Positions 27,501-42,455 of a stretch of DNA of 64,000 bases are shown piece after piece. Made by a program: the position numbers and the translations under genes. Location of the stretch: assembly GCF_009914755.1 (NCBI RefSeq), contig NC_060933.1, one strand, 5' to 3'. The notes beneath the pieces are model-generated. The model saw only the letters and a program-made list of their open reading frames with translations, ran no database searches and was not told where the DNA came from. The first letter of the stretch is position 1, and the number at the start of each line of letters is the position of its first letter. The stretch comes from the human T2T-CHM13v2.0 reference genome, Homo sapiens.

Positions 27501-30384
27501 TGATGTTTGCAAGGCTTTTGAACACAACCTCAGCTCCCTCAGAACTCCTGGTGGGAGGGCAGAGTACCCCCAGGCTGGGGCCTTCCAAGGGCCGCAAACG
27601 TTCATTCTAAATGTGGTTCGAGTCTCCTACTCTTCCAGACTTGGCTCTAAATGAGAGGCCATGTCGGCAAAGAAGCCGAGTTGCTGATGCTTGCCTAGGG
27701 AGAGAGCTGTGCGTAGAGGTGCCACCATGCAGGCTAATTAACTCTGAGCCCTGGCTCGGTGGCCTCCTCTCCCGGCACAATCCCCCGCCACCCCCACCAC
27801 TCCAGGTCCTGTTTGAAGTCTGCAACACCCCCCCCCCACCGCCCCCCTTCCTGCCGTCCCTGCTTGCTGAAGCAACTACAGCCCCTTAGGGCTCAGCTGG
27901 GAGGGATTTATTGGAGAATTTCAATCATGGGGTCTTGGCTCAAACTTGTTGCTTCCTCAAAAATCTCCCCAGAAGTTGGCTACATGTGAAACTGAGGCAT
28001 GAAGGAAGGACTCGGATGATCTCAGGGTTCGGAACTCCACCTGGGCCTGTCAGAGAATTCATAGACCCTCACTTGGAGGAAGAGAGCACAGAACAGCAAG
28101 AAAGATGCAGGTTCCTGGGACGATGTGGAGGTACCGGGCTTGGTTCACTTTTAAGGAGCTGCTTAGAAATAGTGTTTCAGCTTTGACCACCACTCCCGCC
28201 CCCAACCATGACACTTGAGTGCAGGTGTCTGATCTCTGCGGTGTAAGCCCGCTATTGGTCTTAGGGTGGGAAAGTGTGGGATGGAATCCTGGTTGAGAGT
28301 CCTGAATGGTAGAATAAGGGACCAAAGCCATGCTGATGTGCCATTTTTCTTAAACTGTGTGGCTTCCCTCCCCAAAGACATTCCCTGGGCAGCTTTCAGG
28401 CTAAGGAGCCCACGCCCTTCCACGGGAGCCCAGCCAAGAAGGGCCCGGGACAGAGGCTCCATGCATGCTTCATTTTCCTTCCCCTCTGGGCAGGGCTGAC
28501 TCATTCCATTTCTCTGAACAATCTTTGCAATGATGGATAAGCTGAGGCCCCAAATGCCGTGGCTCTGGAGAGAAAAACCATCTTTCGCAGTTTCACATAA
28601 GCCTCCCACTTCTTTCTTAACAAGTGCTGAAAGCGGCACAAACAGAAATACCCCGGACTCCCATGACCAAGGAGATGACTACATCAGGCTGCAGGGCTCA
28701 GGAATAGGAACTAGCGAGCCGCGCGGCCCCAGGGCGAGGTGTCCGATTCCCTCCCAGGATGCTCAGCCAACGGCGCTTTGAAGCCGTGGCTGAGGCTGCC
28801 GCACTGGGGAGGAGTGGGACCAGGGGCCGGGCCTCCCCTGCACGATGTCCACAGATTCACCGAGATAAAGGAACCGCAGCTTCATCCAACTTGTGCTGAA
28901 TCGCTCTTTTCAAAAGCCCTTTCAGATGGTTTCACTTCTCTGCCCGCTTTGTTGAAAGATGTAAAAATTTCAAACCACCACAAAGTAAACATTTCAAAAC
29001 CCTCTCTTTTCAAAATCAGTCACATTTTCAAAAATCTCTTGAATTCCATCCCCCGCGCCCCACTTCGTTTGCTGTCTTTGGAGTGTTTTTCATTAATTTA
29101 GAATCAGTCCAGGTAAAGCTGGTGTTTTCGAGCCGTGTTTTAACGGGCGGGAAGTGGCTTTGTTATTTAGTAGATGTGTTAGATAAGTCGATGTCTTGTC
29201 AAAATCAAGCAGGTTTTCTTTATTAGGGTGAGAGCGTAATGAACTCATCTGCTTCTAATATTTATAAAGAGAAGAGAGGCCATTAATTCTACTGCTTGTG
29301 AATAAAACCATCTGTGATTTCTTTCCATTTGATGGGTTTTGGTTTTAATATACATTTTTCACAAATAAGCACAGGGATTTTTTGGTGAAAATGTCACATT
29401 CGGAATCTCATAAAGAAAGAATGCAAAGAGGGGAAAACTAAATGTTTTGTTAGCTAAGTCATTTCTCACCTTGCAGAGTGGGGAACACTTGAGCCAACAT
29501 TAGCACATTAGGTGATAGACTCGTCGTTCCCCGCTAATGCAATCCATGACATGTGACAAGGCAAACCTCGTCCGTTTTGAAGTTTGTTTTCCTTCGGGAA
29601 TTACACAGTTCGTTTAACCTAATCTGTCCTGACACTTGAATTATAATATTATGAGCTTCTTCAGGGAAGTAAAACAGTAGTTGCCTGCTTAAAAGCAAAG
29701 CAGAAGTTAATAAAGTGGGCAAAATGTCAAGGAAAAAGGGCTAATCGAATCATGGTGTCATTCTCTAGAGAAAATATAGTCAAGTTGTATTTTTTTTTTC
29801 CAGTGGAAATCTTGGACGCCTAATGACATATTTCTGTCCAGGAAGAAATTTGAACTCTGAAGCCGAACTTGATTAAACCCCAAACCGAGAGACCTTGCCC
29901 AATGGGACCACTCCAGGACTTTGACTTCTGGGTGTCAGAGCTTAATTAAAATATTCATCCAGCTGCTCTCCACTCGCCAAGGGGGCCCAGAGGAATTAAA
30001 CCAATAAGCTTAATTCTATTAGTTCACCTGCCTGTGTACATAGACATGCGGAAGACCATTTACTGATTCAGAAAAAAATCATCAGACCCACCCTATAAAT
30101 TCAGCGTGGGCAGCCATCACTGCAACAGCAACACGGTCCCCCCAGCAAACGTAACACTCAGCAATCTCGACTCCTGTCTCCGAACACACACAGCTATTTT
30201 TAAGACTCTTCCAAGAAAACCAAAATGCTAAACGGGTCAATGTAAGGATTGATGTGCGCGCATGTGTGTGTTATGATTTATGTGTCGTTTATAATAACAT
30301 GTAACATTTACTTTGTGCCACAATGCCAAGCCTTTCTCATTCGTATCTCAAGGAAACTGTCACTTCCACTCTAAAAAGTCAACA

Positions 30385-30500
30385 CTATCATTACCCCCAC
30401 TTGACAGATGAGAAAACTGAGGCTCCGTGAGATGAAATGACTTGAAGCCCAGAATTGTCAGACCACACAGTTGGCTGAGCATTTAACCCCTAGTAATGAG
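30385..30500. mobile_element. MIR
   Basis: cccacttgacagatgagaaaactgaggctc MIR core. Confidence 0.75.
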
Positions 30501-33500
30501 GGCTCTACTGAAATCCGGATCTTTGTTTTACATTGGAATTGATGTCTTGTCTGCCATGCACACACCTAGTGTAACATTTGGAAGGTACAGAAGCTATAAA
30601 GTGAAAAATCAGCCTCACATCATCCCCACCTCAGCTGCCTGTTCCCTCCCCCGGCAGCCACCGCAGACAATTTGTCTCTCCTTCTCGAGTGGAGGCTTAT
30701 ACCAGCCAATGTGGCTATGTCTCTTTTTGTAAAAACAGATATGGAGCATAACAGGTATGCTGTTCTGCAGCTTGCTTTTTTCATTTAATAATATATCTTG
30801 GGAGAGTTCTCCATCTCGTTCCTTTAAAGACTACACGTCATTCCATTCAATAGAAGGAGTACATTGGCCCCTATGGGATTGTTCATATTCAACCATTTTT
30901 GACCAGCAAAAAAAAAAGGCAATTTCACATGATTCTGCCTATATACCATAATTGTTTACCGAATCTCCTATGATGGGCGTTTGGTTAGGTGGTTTCACAT
31001 CTTCTGCCCTTATAAACAGTGCCGTGATGAGTATCATTTGCACACACCAGTGGGTAATATCTGTAGGATAAATTCCTAGAATTGCCACTGCCTCTGTGAC
31101 CCTGGATAAGTCAAGTTCCTTACCTTAACCCCGAGTGTGAAATGGAGCGGCCGCATTAGATGATTTCTGAAGCCCCTGCCAGGCCCTATTGTTCTGCAAA
31201 ACTGCACTTCTCACATTTGTAATTCTATATCATAGCTGGAGATTACTCACCACAACCTTGTGAATATAACCACAGCTCAAGCTCAGGGTGCCCCAAATCA
31301 CTGTGGAAACAAATGTTTTCCACCAAACGCTAACTCACTCCCTGCTGGCCATATTTGTCAACCAGAGAATGAGACATTTCCCGGTGATCAATACAAATGA
31401 AATAGAAATCTATCCTGGGCGGCGGCGGCAAGACTTGGTTTTTAATAAGGGAACCTCCAGAGGATATTGCATTCCTATGACAACGGCCGACAGACCTTGA
31501 TTTTTAGTGTCAGAAGCTGTTGAATGCAAAGGTCTGTGGCCGGGGCCTGGCCAGGCGGTGGGTGCGGGGGTTCGGGCTGGAACCAAGTTGGTCCTGAAAG
31601 GCTGTTGCAGAAGCCTGCCGGCCGCCCCAGCCCACTGCCCATCCACAGCCTGCTGTGGGTCACCTGTTCACGAAGGCAGCCACATTTGCCAGCTGGGCTA
31701 TGGTGGAACCGGCCAGGCCAGACAGCTAGCCAAAGATGATCCGTAGCCACAGATCTGGTTATTTACGGCTTGCCTGTGGTCCCCAGTGACCGGGCAGCTC
31801 TCGGATGACAGCAGTTCATCTTAAACAAGACCAGGTACTTGGGCAGAGGTGGCAGGGAGCACAAACGACCGTACTGATAGTCTCTTTTCTGGCTGTAAAT
31901 TTATCTGGTAACAGAGTGACTCGGAGACACCCCGCATTACTTGCGGTTTGCGAAGTTTACAAACTGCCCGAGACAAACTAGGATATTCTGAAAACACAAT
32001 TCTCACCCAAACAGCCGAGACAGTTCTGGGTTCCATCTCTTGATTCTTCTGCCTCTTTTAAAATTATCTGCCGATACAGACCAGGGCTGGGAAAGACGGC
32101 AGAAACAGGAAAACAGCTGGCATGGAAAGGAGATGGGATCGGCAGTGATTTATTTCCAGCGATGTGATATTTTAGGTTATTGTTATGTGTGTGCAATAAA
32201 TCATATTTTAAAGCATCTGTTAATAGAGTGTTTTATTCTCAAGAATTAATTCTTTTTTAAAAAACTATTTCAAGTGGGTGGGTTGTTTCTTGAAGTTGAA
32301 TCCTCAGGTTTTATCAAGAGATGTGACAGTGAGAACATGATAAGAAGTGTTTCCACTGGGAAATTTCGCTACTTAGAAAAGGTCTTGTCCTCGTAAAAAA
32401 AAAAAAAAAAAAAAAAAGTAGAAGAAAAACCAGAAAGGGAGCCGTAGAGGTTATTGCTTAAAATACTTTGTTTGAATATGTGTAAATGTATTTAGGCCTT
32501 TGGCTTTTTAACCACCAAATTCATGTTTAGGAATTTTAAGCACCACAATGAGCTTTCTCTCTGAGTTTCCAAAGGCAGCTCTCAAAATTGCGTCTACCAA
32601 ACCTTTAAAATCAGGTACAGAGGTCCCCCACGGAAGGTCTTGGGGGATGATTACAACATTCCTCTGTGCGACACGGTAGCACCCGACCCGGCTCGTGTGC
32701 GCTCTCAGACCCTCTGTTGAAAGCAACTGACTAGGCTGTGGCTTAAAACTAATCTTGTCCTCGGCTCCCTGGCAAGAGGTCAGCAGGCAAGTCGGCCAGG
32801 AGATGATCCCCAGCCAGATCTGAAGGGCTCTGAGAATATAACAAGTTGTAAAAGGGCCGGGGAAGGGGGAGAGAGAAAAAAAGAAAAAGAATAAAGGCAA
32901 AATTAATTTTCACAATTAAGTATATTCTTTTTTTTCCATGTAGTTAATTTCCAGCCGCTCACATTTATTGCACATTAATTATGCATACAGCTTTTGTGCA
33001 ACTTAAAAAGTGAGGAATGTGATCCTTATTCTTTTATGGAGGCTCCGGCTGCCGTGCTGGAGGCCTCCGAAGCTTCGGGTCAGAGGGGCAGGAGCTGAGT
33101 CCCCCTCTGCGAGCAGCCAGTGGCGGGGCCACCTCACCCCCAGCCAGTGCCAGGGATCTTGGATTCCCCCACCTCGACTTTCTTAAAAGTGTTTCCTACA
33201 GCAGGGGTGGTGATCGGGGGCCGAGGGGGCCTGGACGATTGGCTGGATGTGTTTCTGGGCCGAATCTTGGGGGAAGGAGCCTGAACTAACCCCTCACCAG
33301 CCTCTCCGTCAGCTTGCCCTGGCCAGTATCGGTGTTCAAGCCCACTGGCCCAGGCCTGGGTGTGAAAACAGTAATGTGATGAATGAGGCCTTGGCTGGGA
33401 GGCACTGGGGGCACATGTCCTTCCTCCAAGCCCCTCTGTGTGCCACAGGATGCCAAAGAGGTGGGAATATTAACTGGGCTGCGAGATGCTGCCCCCAGCC

Positions 33501-35329
33501 CCAGCCTCAGACTCCTGATGACCCCCTAAAGGCCTCAGGAAGGGCTGGGCAGGTGGCCCCTCTGCCAACATGCTGTGTGACACTAGACCAGTGCCACAGC
33601 CTCTCTGTGCCTTCTCCGAATCTGCATGGAAGTTCCTCTGGACACCAGCAGGCCCACGCCTCTCTCCCTGGGAGGGCTACTTGCACCTGATCCCCCTGCA
33701 TCCAGCTCAGAACCCGCCAAAGAGGACCCTCCCATGTAAACAGATGTTAGGGTTCCCCACTTGGCACATCCACAGTGTGGGGCGCAGACAGCCCCTTCAC
33801 CAGCTGCCCAAACTTCAGCCAAGAGCACAGACCCAGGAACCGGAGACCCCGCATCCCACCCACGGAGAGACCCTATGGGACTCAAGCACAGTTGTCCACA
33901 TTGGACCAGGACCCTTGAGCTCTGCTCAGCGCTAGGCTCCCTGTGCCCCCGGAAGCATGCTCTTCCTCCTCAGCCCAGGAGCCAGATCACTTCATCAGGA
34001 CAGAGCTCCCACCTGAACCAGGCTGGGTGATTTCCTATGCAGATCCTAAGCAGACAGAGTCAGGACCCTAACCCAGCCTCGCTGCCCCCACTGCTGTGGG
34101 CACTTTGGCTAAGGTGGCTCTCCATCTCTGGTCCAGTTCCTCATCCGAAAATGGGATTCAGAATTGGACACAGAGTTGGGTGGAGCATTGTCTCCGAAGC
34201 ACCCAGCTCAGTCTGAGCTCCCAGGAAATGGCCCGAGGGGTGGGCACAGAGACCCATTTTACAGCTGAGGAAACAGATTTTCAGAGGCAAGGTGCCCTGC
34301 GCAGCCTGGAGGTGACAGGAGGGCCAAATGTGTGAAGGCTCCTGGTGCTGTCCTGGGTTCCGCCACCGTCAGCCCACCAGGGTTTAGAACCCAACCCCTG
34401 CTCCATCCACTGATGGTGGAGACGAGAAGTTAGAAGAGGAAACTCACGCAACTGGTCCCCCTCTCCCGTGGGGCGGCTTTTGTGGCAGGCTTCCTGAGCC
34501 TTCCACACCAAATAGGTGGCCTCTCCCACTCCTCGTTCGAGCTCCCCATGTTCACAACCACAAACCAGCCACCGGGCATCAGCTTCAGAAACAAAGACTG
34601 CAGCAAGCAGAGCCAAGTTCCCTCCCACCAGCCAGGCCCTGCAGCCGTAACAGATCCCACCACAGCCAGCAGGCAGAGCTTCATAACCAGGGACCTGACG
34701 ACAGCCCTGGCCGCCACTCCAACCCCTGACCCAACCGTGGGAGGGGAACAGGGGCCTGGGCCACCCCCTTTTCTCTCTCTTTTTTTTTTTTTTAAATAAA
34801 AACTGTTCTCCCAGTGGTCCTGCTGGGATAAACTGTAAAACATCTCTCCCGTTCTGTTCTGGAATCCTGCAGTCACTCGAGGACAAACTTGAAAAATAAA
34901 ATTGTCATCATAAAGAAATCAACCGAGCATAATAATAAACAACATGTTTAACATTTATTACTCTGTGTTCTGACAAACTAAAATGTGAAAACATGCCAAA
35001 ATTTGGCTTTCATAAAATAATTTCTCATCAAGTTCTTTCCTTTGACAGAATGCCTCTGTTTCCATTCCTAGCTGGTGAGATCTGCTTGGAACACGGTAGC
35101 ATTTCCAGAAACGGGTCTTGGGTTTGAGACTTGTATGATCCCCAAAGCATCTCCCTGGCTCTGTTAGATTTCCTCTGATTGACAACATTCTCTCCTAGTG
35201 ACAATATTCTGGCTTTCCTGGTAAACAGTAGTGAGCAAGCAGGTCACATGGGGACGGGGTGGGTGTCACCATCATTCAGAAACAGGAAACCTTACAAGGC
35301 AGCCAGTCACGGCCACCAGAACCCCACTT

Positions 35330-35720
35330 TTTTTTTCTCACTGTGGCAAAATACAGATCATGCAACATTCACCCACTTAACCATATCTAAAAGTACAGTT
35401 TGGTAGCATTAAGTACCTTCACGTTGTTGTACAATCATCACCCCATTCATTTCTAGAACTCATTTCATCTTGCAAAACCGAAACTCTGTCCCCACTACGT
35501 AAGAACGCCCCACTCCTCCGTCCCCCAGCCCTTGGCAATCTCCATTCCATTTTCTGCCTCTATAAACTTGACTTCTCTAGATGCCTCATATAACTGGATT
35601 CATTCTGCATTGTCTTTTTGTAACTGGCTTATTTCACTTAGTATAACATCCTCCAGGTTCACCGTGTTGTAGCATGTGTTGTAATTTTGCCCCTTTTTAA
35701 GGCTGAATAATATTCTGTTC
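35330..35720 (-). mobile_element. L1MB-like 3' end fragment
   Basis: gcattaagtaccttcacgttgttgtacaatcatcacc...catcttgcaaaaccgaaactctgtcc...ggcttatttcacttagtataa, typical antisense L1M 3' UTR. Confidence 0.75.
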
Positions 35721-37293
35721 CCAAAGCCCTATTTCTAACATTACACAGAGCACAGACCCACATTCTGACATGAGAACACCCCAGATCTGCTCTTGGGACA
35801 TCCATACATGCACCAAAATGCACCCTCGCCCCTCCAGTCTCTGTGCACATATGAGGACCACCCTCCTGGACCTGTGAGATGCTCGGTCACACCCACAGAT
35901 AAATGCAGTCACCCCACAGCCTCCATCTGCAGCTCTCACCTGGGCACGCCCCAACGCACACCCCCCATCAGAAGGAGTCGTGGGAGATTTTGCAGATTCT
36001 TGGGGACATCATAGCTGGAAGATCCAGGGACCCATCTCAGCCCTGGGTCGAGATGGGGAGATTTTGGCACTTGAACCCCTCCACTGTCCCTGTCTCCAGG
36101 TCCCCTCCACAGGGTAAAGAAAAGGGTTGCTCAGCACCTGGGAAGGCCCCACATCTCCCCACCCAAGCTTAGCTTCCGTGACCCCAAGGGGAGCTGAGGA
36201 CTTGGTCGCGGGGAAGCCCAATCAGCCCAGGTCTCACAGAGATTCAGCCCAGATCCAATCTGCCTGCCAAGCTCCACCCCCCTCTCCTCTGGACGGGGCA
36301 GAACTGGGAAAACAGGAGCCTCTATGCCCAGGAGCATGAAGGGGGACCCAGGGGTGGCCTCTGGCCTGGGACGTGTTCCCTGTGCACATCCCAAGCACCT
36401 ACCCTACTAGCGTGGTGCTCTGCTCCCCTGGAGATCTCAAACTTTGGAATGGGAGTGTCATTCCATCTTTCTCCAGCTGCCCCGCAGGGGGACCAAGCTC
36501 AAAGGAAGCTTTGCGAACAGTAATACAACACAGTACCTCCTCATCTAACGAAGGTCTCAACGCTTACGCCTTGACTAATTCCCAAAATCCCTCCGTCTCA
36601 AATCACTGTTAATTTTCTTCAGATGATAATGGTGTTGTGGTTAGAGAATATCCTCATTCTTAGAAAAGCACACGAAAGTATTTAGGGATGATGCCTGGAA
36701 CTTACTTTCAAACTTACGGCAAAAAATACATAGCTCTAGAGATGTATCTACACAGACAGATAAAGCAAGCGTGTGACATGGTTACGCGTCAGCTCTAGGA
36801 TGGGCTCTGAGAGTGTTCCTTGTTCTTCCTTCAACTCTTCTGTATGTTTGGATATTTTCATCATACAAATTTGGGAGGAAAAACCCCTCGCCCTCATCAT
36901 GGCCGTCCTTTGATTACCTGCTCTCCCTCTGCACGCTGTCATCATGAAGTGACCAGGAAGTCCAAGAGGATTTGTCAATGGTAGGACGTGGAAAGAACGT
37001 TCTGCCGGGTACACGGGCAGGAATATGCAACTTCCTGCCTCCCAGCAGAGGCGTCGTGTGGCTCAGCCGCGAGCTGCTGAAGGAGCTCTTTCGGACGGGA
37101 GCATGAAGCTGCTCCAGGGTGGCTTCCCCACCACACGCCATCCCTAGAGAGAAACAGGAGGGCTGTCCCCAGACACTGAACAAGAAGGTCTCTCCCCAGC
37201 CCTCTCTCTTCATGGCCTAGCTGTGCTCTGTGGTGTCCCAAACAGCTGTGAAGTGTGTGGCACAGAATCCATTGCTCATAAGAACCAGAAACC

Positions 37294-37598
37294 GGCTGGG
37301 TGAGGTGGGTTATGCCAGTAATCCCAGCACTTTAGGAGGCCGAGGTGGGTGAATCACTGGAGCTCAGGAGTTCGAGACCAGCCTGACCAATATGGTGAAA
37401 CCCCATCTCTACTAAAAACGCAAAAATTAGCCAGGTGTGGTGGCATGTGCCTGTAGTCCCAGCTACTCAGGAGGCTGAGGCAGGAGAATCGCTTGAACAC
37501 GGGAGGCAGAGGTTGCAGTGAGCCAAAACCACGACACTATACTCCAGCCTGGGTGAGAGAGTGAGACGCTCTCTCAAAAGAAAAAAAAAAAAAAAAAC
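37294..37598 (+). mobile_element. Alu (AluS-like) with TSD
   Basis: TSD AAGAACCAGAAACC at 37280-37293 and 37599-37612. Confidence 0.95.
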
Positions 37599-39959
37599 AA
37601 GAACCAGAAACCCTTCCATGAATGCAGGACCACACCTCTTTCACTCTTGCTGTCTCCCCAGCACCAACCCAGGGCCTGACACGCAGCGGGCACTCGGAGT
37701 AAATTAAAGCTTACAGCCAATGTTCTCTCTTTTACAAGTTAGAACAAATTTCAGGTCATTCCTCATAGCCTGCCAACTTTAGAGATAAGAGGTGAATGGC
37801 CTGCAGTGAATGGGACCCTGGCCACCCCTGCCGCCTGACCCGGGTGGCTGCAGCTGGGGATGAGCGAGCTGTAGCCGGGAGGAGGCTGAGGAGCCTGGCA
37901 GAAAAGCCTCAGGAGCTGGAGGCTGGGATCACGGCAGGAGGAAGGCAACTGGGGTCAGAAGATGGAGAGCAGGCCAGAGCCGGGGCATTCTGGAGCTGCC
38001 TTTGACCCTAGGACAACTTCCAAATGAGGACCCTGGGACTGGGACCAGGCAGCCTCTCCCTGGCCGTTCAATGTCTGCCGGCCAGGAAGGAAGGCCTCCT
38101 CGGACAAGGAGGAAGCACCGGAGAGGGTGTTTGTTTTAATCATCGGAGATCAAAGACAAGTCCCACCGGGCTGGTGGTCCTCCTGGGGTAGCCAGGCCCT
38201 TTCCTCTCCTCCTGCCCCAGAGTGGCTAACTCCACACCCCCCATTCCTTCCAGAGCTGCTGCCCAGGACAGCCGGGGCTCAGGGAGACCTCTGGACACTG
38301 CATCCTTCCAGGGCATAGAGAGTGAGGTAGGGATAGGTGTCCAGAGACCTTAGAGCTGAGGCCTTGCTGACTTTATGGCTGTGACCTCACAGAGAGCCCA
38401 GTCATGGGTAAGAGAAACGAGAGAGGGATGGTGCAGCTAGAAAACTGCCATGTCCAGGGGGCCAGCTAAGGCTCCCCCACCTTCAGGAAGGCCAGTGGTT
38501 GAGAGCAGGGCCCAGGGATGACAGATTCGGTCCGATTTTGCCTCTGATCAGTGAGCCACCTAGTTCTCGGAGCCTCTGTTTGCTCTTCTGGAAAAGGGGC
38601 ACAGGGCTGCTACTGCCATGAATAGCATTTGTCAAATACTTGGCTCAGAGCCTGACGCGGAGTGAGTGCTCCGTGAGCAGCCAGTGTTCTTGTCATCAGT
38701 GTTGTTAGCCTGTGTGCCCTCATGATGCGAGGGACCTCCTGGCTGCTGCGATTTGCTGAGATGCATTCAAGGTTTTGCTTCTACTGGGGGACCAGCAGAA
38801 CAATCGTGACGGGCAAGTGGGTCTGGATATCAAGCCCTGCAAAGTGACCTGGGCCAGTGACACCCCCACAGGGCCTGCCATCTCCCTGCCCCACACGCCT
38901 GGGTGCCCCAGGAGGTGGGCTGGTCTCTATTGCCCGAGGACAGAGGCCAGCGACTTTGTCCCTGCTCTGTTTGCCATGAAAGAGCAAAACCACCACAGGG
39001 TTCAAAGGAAAAGAGGAAAACCCAGTAACTCGTCCCAGACGGTCTGTCCCCTTTATCAAAGCTGATTTCAGGGAGCAAAGTTCCCACCAGGAGAGGCCAC
39101 AGCCTCATTAGAGAGTTCTGGGAATGATGAAAAGCCAGGCCGCCGTGCACATCCCTGGGACAATTAGGCCTTGTCCCTCTGCCTTCAAAGGCAATCTCAC
39201 TGTCTCTGCGCGTGTGTGCGCACGTGAGAGGGTATGACAGTATCTCCGTGGGTCTCTCTTCTTCCTCTTAGTATTTCTTTTTGGCTCTCCCTGTCTTTTT
39301 CTGTTCTCTGTCTTTTCCAACTATCCTTTAACCCCTCTCAGTACCCAGGCACTCTGCATGTTTGAGATGATCCCTCTTCTGCCCACTGGGTACCTAGATG
39401 TCTAGATGTCCTAGACCAGACAAAACCTGCCCCAGGAGACCTCCCCTTCATGTCCTCAGAGGAGGCCCCAGACACTGCCCCCCGCCACCAGACACCCAGC
39501 TTAACCAAAAGATGGGAATGGTGCAATCACTTCCACGGATCCCTTCCTCTGAACTCCAATTCTCCCCATCATGAGGACAGAATGCAAACTATTCCCCCAC
39601 AGCAAACTCCGGTTTCCGGATGCCTCTGTTGGATACAGCAGGGTCTGAGCGGAGATTCTTCTCCAAATCCCGACTAGCAGCCTCCCCCAACCCCCAACCC
39701 TATGGAATGTTTCTTACCCACGGCAGGAGTTATAAGCAAGGCAGTAACACATTCCTCCACACCCCGGACGCTGCCAGGGCCTTAGGTTGAGAGGCGTTCT
39801 ACTGTCCAGAGACACAGACCCATTTCGGGGATGCTACCCCAAACCGATCCATGCCCCAAATGCACGCAACGCAGGCCCGCCCGGGCCTGCCCAAGCTGCC
39901 AGCACCCTGGCCCCTGGCACCATGAAATGTTCCTAGAACAGACAACACCATGTGTGAGA

Positions 39960-40620
39960 CGCAGATTCTTACATCAGGCAATTATTAGAGGAAATCGGCC
40001 TGTTCCTTTAAGTGAGAAGGCAAATTCTACATACTTGTTTTTGTCATAACACCAGAGGAAGCGGGCGCAATATTTTCGAAATTAGAAACAGCCTTGGGTC
40101 TCTGCCCCTCGCTGATGGTACTCGGGTATTAATCCATTAAGGCAATCAAAAGAGCTTAAATAAAAGTCTGAAGCCTGCAATATACATGTCAATGAACAAG
40201 CGGTAAAACTTCCTGAAAAGGTGATTTCAAAGCCATATTGCCCACGCTTGGCAAATTGCATATTTAATTATTTTGTCAGTCCCTCTTTCTCCTCTAATCT
40301 TTGGAAAAAATGCCTTGACCATGTGAAACCAGTTAGGATAATTAAGGTACGATGGAATTAGGTGTCGGCTGATTTCTCAGAAAGATGCCATCCTCTAACC
40401 TGGTATGAGATGTGTGCAGGCCCCAGAAGGCAGACGGCATTGTAATGTCTCCTTTCTATAGAAAGATCAAAGGTCTTTTGCCCCTTTCAAGATGTTTGTA
40501 GAATTTGTTTCCCAATTATCCCACATTTGCGCGCTGGGACATCCTAGCTAACTCTTTGATGGCACCTCTGGAATTGGGCAGTAATTGACATCAAGCCGCA
40601 CCTCCTGGCTCCAGGCTGCG
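39960..40620. promoter_or_regulatory. Candidate LMX1B limb enhancer (possibly LARM2)
   Basis: Repeat-free AT-rich block with TAATTA at 40265-40270 and 40339-40344, lying between MVB12B and LMX1B. The LARM identity is inferred from position, not verified. Confidence 0.45.
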
Positions 40621-41941
40621 GGCTGAGATTTCGATCTTGGGTCTGTGTTCAGAGAGGGAAGAGGATGAACGCGAGATAGAAATGGGGTGCAGGTTTAGGT
40701 TTTTCATCCCTTTGGTTCCAGCACTACTCTGCACTCAGTGATTGGGACTCCCCTCATCAGTTCAGCCTTGGTGAGCACTGGGAAACTCCTCCTGCTCTGA
40801 TTCTGGTGTCAACTGGGCCTCAGATTTGGCCTTTGCAAAATTTTACCATTTTAAAGGCAAAGCCTGAATGCCTTTGAAGACCATTCTGGAAAGCAAATAT
40901 ATTGAATACATGATTTTCCCACAGAAGAATGTTTCTCCTGGTCCGGGAAGATGTTTAAAAAAAAAAAAAGCCATCAAATATTTGGGAAAAGTAAGAAAAA
41001 GTGGTCAAGATTTGAAGTTCTAGTTACGGCATTTTTTAAAAAGCCCATCCATCTGCACACTGATAGTTATGGCATTTTGAAACTAAATGGGATTAGAATA
41101 GCACACCGAGGTAGAAGGTCAAATGTTAAAATATTTTAAAGAAAATCTCATATAAAGACTTTTTCTAGTGTGTATTTTATTTTTCATGTTTCCTTTTTTC
41201 ATGTTCTGTTGATCTTTCTTGACTCTGCAAATATTTTTTTCCTGATTGCTTCATTCAAACAATTCGTCTTCAACATCTTTGTCTTAGCTTAAGAAAGAGA
41301 GTTGCAAAGAGAGAAAGAAAGAAAAAGAAAAGCCTTCTGAATCTCTTTATGTGCAAATACAATGACTTCCTTGGAAATAATTTTTTGAAAAAGCTCTCAA
41401 CAATTTGAAAAATGAAATACCATTGATCCAGGGAACCATATTCCCAAGGCTACTCCAGGAAATTTCTCTGATATTTTATCTTATTCTGTCCACTTTAACC
41501 CTTAAAAATTCACCTGTGTCTTACAAGTTTTAAATTGAGGCGATGAGGCCCCAGAGGCATCAGAAGGAAAAGTTTCCCTTATAATGACTCCTGTTTTCCG
41601 TATTCTTCCAGAGAAACCGGAGATCACGAGGCTGCCTGCCGGCACTGCTACGTTCTCTACAAACAGCAAACTCGAAAATGCCGTATTTCCCTGATAAATA
41701 ATTCCCATTCTAAGGGATTCCACCCCCCATTCCAAGTCCCCTCCAAAAATATATATTGAAAGAAAACAAAATCACAAGGAAACACATTTTCTACTCTTGT
41801 AGCAGAAAAGGGCTGGTAACGGATTTTTGGTGTCTGCATAAGCTGAGAGCAAGTGGCTCTAACCTGGGTTTCTGCTGCCAGAGAAGGGGCCTGGAAGGTT
41901 CTCCCTGTGAGGAGATGGGGCAGCCCTACTGGGACACTGCG

Positions 41942-42455
<514 letters not shown>

